DNA of 57,665 nt from an uncultured Neomegalonema sp. Lineage in GTDB: Bacteria; Pseudomonadota; Alphaproteobacteria; Rhodobacterales; Rhodobacteraceae. Position 1 is the first letter of the stretch, and each line of letters starts with the position of its first letter. Location: assembly GCA_964641645.1 (NCBI GenBank), contig CAZXMX010000001.1, forward strand, positions 1-57,665. Reading direction: 5' to 3'. Below, in pieces: positions 55,630-57,665 of the stretch. The notes beneath the pieces are model-generated. The model worked only from the letters and a program-made list of their open reading frames with translations. It had not been told where the DNA came from and did no database searches. The position numbers and the translations under genes are program-made.

Positions 55630-56118
55630 TTAGAAGAACAACCACCGTGGCGTTTTAGCCGCATACTGATCGTACGCCGCACCAAAGGTTTGGCTCAAAA
55701 TGACCTCTTCCGATCGAATAATGAACATTGTCATTGCGCCAATGTAAGCCACGGAAGCTGTCAAAGCTGCAGCAATTGAGAAATAACTGATCGAGAGAAG
55801 TGGTAGCAGAAATGCGACATAAATCGGATTGCGTGTCACACCAAAAATTCCCCCTGTCGTCAGGGTTTGCGGCTTACCGTAAGAGCCGGAAAGCAGCGAA
55901 AGCCTCATGTAACGCTGTACCAACGATGCACTGACAAAAAACAATAGGATTGACGTCGCAAGCACCGCCGCGCCGATGCCGCCATTTCCAATATCGATCA
56001 ATGCCGTTGGTGACATTGCGAGAAACAACCCTCCTGCGTAGCAGGACCAACTCACCCAACTGCTTGGGCAAATTTGGTTAACGTTGAATGCGCCATATCG
56101 AGGTTGGGATTTTGCCAT
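55630..56118 (-). CDS. isoprenylcysteine carboxyl methyltransferase (ICMT/PEMT) family membrane protein
   Basis: LTTGGIFGVTRNPIYVAFLL and E..L...FG..Y..Y...TPRW blocks are present. The start is uncertain; ATG 56118 follows GGAG. Confidence 0.65.
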   Translation of the reverse strand: MAKSQPRYGAFNVNQICPSSWVSWSCYAGGLFLAMSPTALIDIGNGGIGAAVLATSILLFFVSASLVQRYMRLSLLSGSYGKPQTLTTGGIFGVTRNPIYVAFLLPLLSISYFSIAAALTASVAYIGAMTMFIIRSEEVILSQTFGAAYDQYAAKTPRWLFF

Positions 56119-56324
56119 CTGCCCCGGCTCCTGTCTCATTTCAATCCATATTCCGACCCGTTGACCGCGTCTGGAAAGGTTTGAGAAAGGATGACGCAAG
56201 GAGCAGGCCACTCCCGTCAAGCTTGCGGAGCAGATGGCTCTCAGAGGTTAGTACCTAGTACGAGGCTACTTCAACTCGATCTCCGATATTGAAAGCCTTT
56301 GAGCGCACTCAATCGATCGGTCCA

Positions 56325-57665
56325 TCAGTAAACCCGCGCTTTAGGGGCAATTTTCGCCTGTTCGATTCCGCCTTCACCGACATTTGTCAGCGGATCAATA
56401 TGAACGGGACGATCTCCGAGGGTAACCCCACCGGACTCTGAAACCCACGATAGCGAATGGACGCGCCATTTTTCGTCATCGCGTTCCGTGTAATCTTCAC
56501 GCGCATGAGCCCCGCGACTTTCTTTGCGGTTTTCAGCCGAGTAGACGGTCGCAACTGAGTTCACCATCAGGTTCTCAAGTTCCAGCGTTTCCATCAAATC
56601 GGTATTCCAGATCAGCGAACGGTCCGTAACTTTGATGTCGGCCATATTCTGCCAAATCGCGGAAACTCGTTTGCAACCGGATTGCAGGGTTTCTTCTGTG
56701 CGGAACACCGCAGCGTCTTCTTGCATCGCGCGCTGCATATCGTCGCGCAAGTCCGCCGTTGGAGTGTCTCCGCTCGCATTACGGAGGCGGTCAAAGCGGT
56801 CCATAACCTTATCGACGCCAGCCTTCGGCATGTCTTTGTTCGCCGCGCCACGGTCAACAACTTCGGCTGCTTTGATGCCGGCGGCACGGCCAAAGACCAC
56901 AAGGTCGATCAGGGAGTTCGAGCCAAGGCGGTTCGCGCCGTGGACACTGGCACAACCAGCCTCACCAATCGCCATCAAACCCGGCACGATCGCGTCAGGA
57001 TCGCCGTCTTTCGGTGCAACAACTTCGCCCCAATAGTTCGTCGGAATACCGCCCATGTTGTAGTGAACGGTTGGCAAAACAGGAATGGGTGCCTTGTTGA
57101 GATCAACACCCGCAAAAATCCGCGCGCTCTCTGAAATCCCGGGCAAACGTTGATGTAGGGTTTCCGGCGGAAGATGGTCGAGGTGCAGGAAGATATGGTC
57201 TTTCTTCGGCCCCACACCGCGCCCTTCACGGATCTCCATCGTCATGCAACGCGAGACGACGTCGCGCGAGGCGAGGTCTTTGTAGGTCGGTGCGTAGCGT
57301 TCCATGAATCGCTCGCCCTCTGAATTGACGAGATAGCCGCCTTCACCGCGCGCACCCTCGGTAATCAGGCACCCTGCGCCGTAAATTCCGGTCGGATGAA
57401 ATTGAACGAATTCCATGTCCTGCAAAGGCAGTCCGGCACGCGCCACCATGCCATTGCCATCGCCGGTACAAGTGTGGGCTGATGTCGCCGAGAAGTACGA
57501 ACGCCCGTAACCACCTGTTGCGAGAATAACCATTTTGGCGCGGAAGCGGTGCAACGTGCCATCATCCAGTTTCCAAGCGATGATCCCGGTACAGGTCCCC
57601 TCGTCATCCATAATCAGATCGAGCGCGAAATACTCGATGAAGAACTCGGCGTCGTTCTTCACAGA
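56325..57665 (-). CDS. sdhA: succinate dehydrogenase flavoprotein subunit, C-terminal ~446 aa (5' end beyond window)
   Basis: [35 protein letters not shown] and ITEG.RGEGG are present, along with the C-terminal RGAHAREDY...RDD..W..H block. Confidence 0.95.
   Translation of the reverse strand, partial: SVKNDAEFFIEYFALDLIMDDEGTCTGIIAWKLDDGTLHRFRAKMVILATGGYGRSYFSATSAHTCTGDGNGMVARAGLPLQDMEFVQFHPTGIYGAGCLITEGARGEGGYLVNSEGERFMERYAPTYKDLASRDVVSRCMTMEIREGRGVGPKKDHIFLHLDHLPPETLHQRLPGISESARIFAGVDLNKAPIPVLPTVHYNMGGIPTNYWGEVVAPKDGDPDAIVPGLMAIGEAGCASVHGANRLGSNSLIDLVVFGRAAGIKAAEVVDRGAANKDMPKAGVDKVMDRFDRLRNASGDTPTADLRDDMQRAMQEDAAVFRTEETLQSGCKRVSAIWQNMADIKVTDRSLIWNTDLMETLELENLMVNSVATVYSAENRKESRGAHAREDYTERDDEKWRVHSLSWVSESGGVTLGDRPVHIDPLTNVGEGGIEQAKIAPKARVY

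Overview
This is a chromosomal segment of a mid-GC proteobacterium. The gene content and order look alphaproteobacterial (Hyphomicrobiales- or Rhodobacterales-like), but that placement is a guess. About 58 protein genes are packed tightly, often with ATGA-type start/stop overlaps.

Housekeeping blocks:
- rpe (5' part) and cobD/trhO
- metY
- glnB-glnA with a sigma-54-like promoter and a clean terminator
- yebC
- rpmH-rnpA-yidD-yidC-engB
- sdhA (3' part)

Accessory blocks:
- a dimethylglycine-dehydrogenase-like gene
- a translationally coupled phrB / FAD-oxidoreductase / DUF1365 / CFA-synthase-like operon
- two ABC importers, one BMP/nucleoside-type without a binding protein and one polyamine/opine-type
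- a five-gene molybdo-hydroxylase + 6-hydroxynicotinate-reductase-like + UPF0280 + 'amino acid synthesis' operon

I found no rRNA, tRNA, CRISPR array, transposase or integrase.

The most unusual locus is a lower-GC islet at about 23.7-27.6 kb. It encodes a stand-alone tandem-PilZ protein directly upstream of a 641-aa glycosyltransferase. That enzyme carries the full signature set of eukaryotic (fungal-type) chitin synthases: MYNE, DAGT, EDR, QRRRWLNGS and SWGTKG. I propose a c-di-GMP-gated chitin or chito-oligosaccharide synthase system. I recognise no characterised bacterial counterpart, but I could not search for one.

Other points worth checking:
- a 1-nt frameshift in mgsA
- a hairpin that sequesters the Shine-Dalgarno of the TTG-initiated photolyase gene
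- a long structured metY leader
- an entericidin-like lipoprotein with a P/Q-repeat tail
- sdhA without an adjacent sdhB

All family assignments come from reading the translations by eye. No searches were run.
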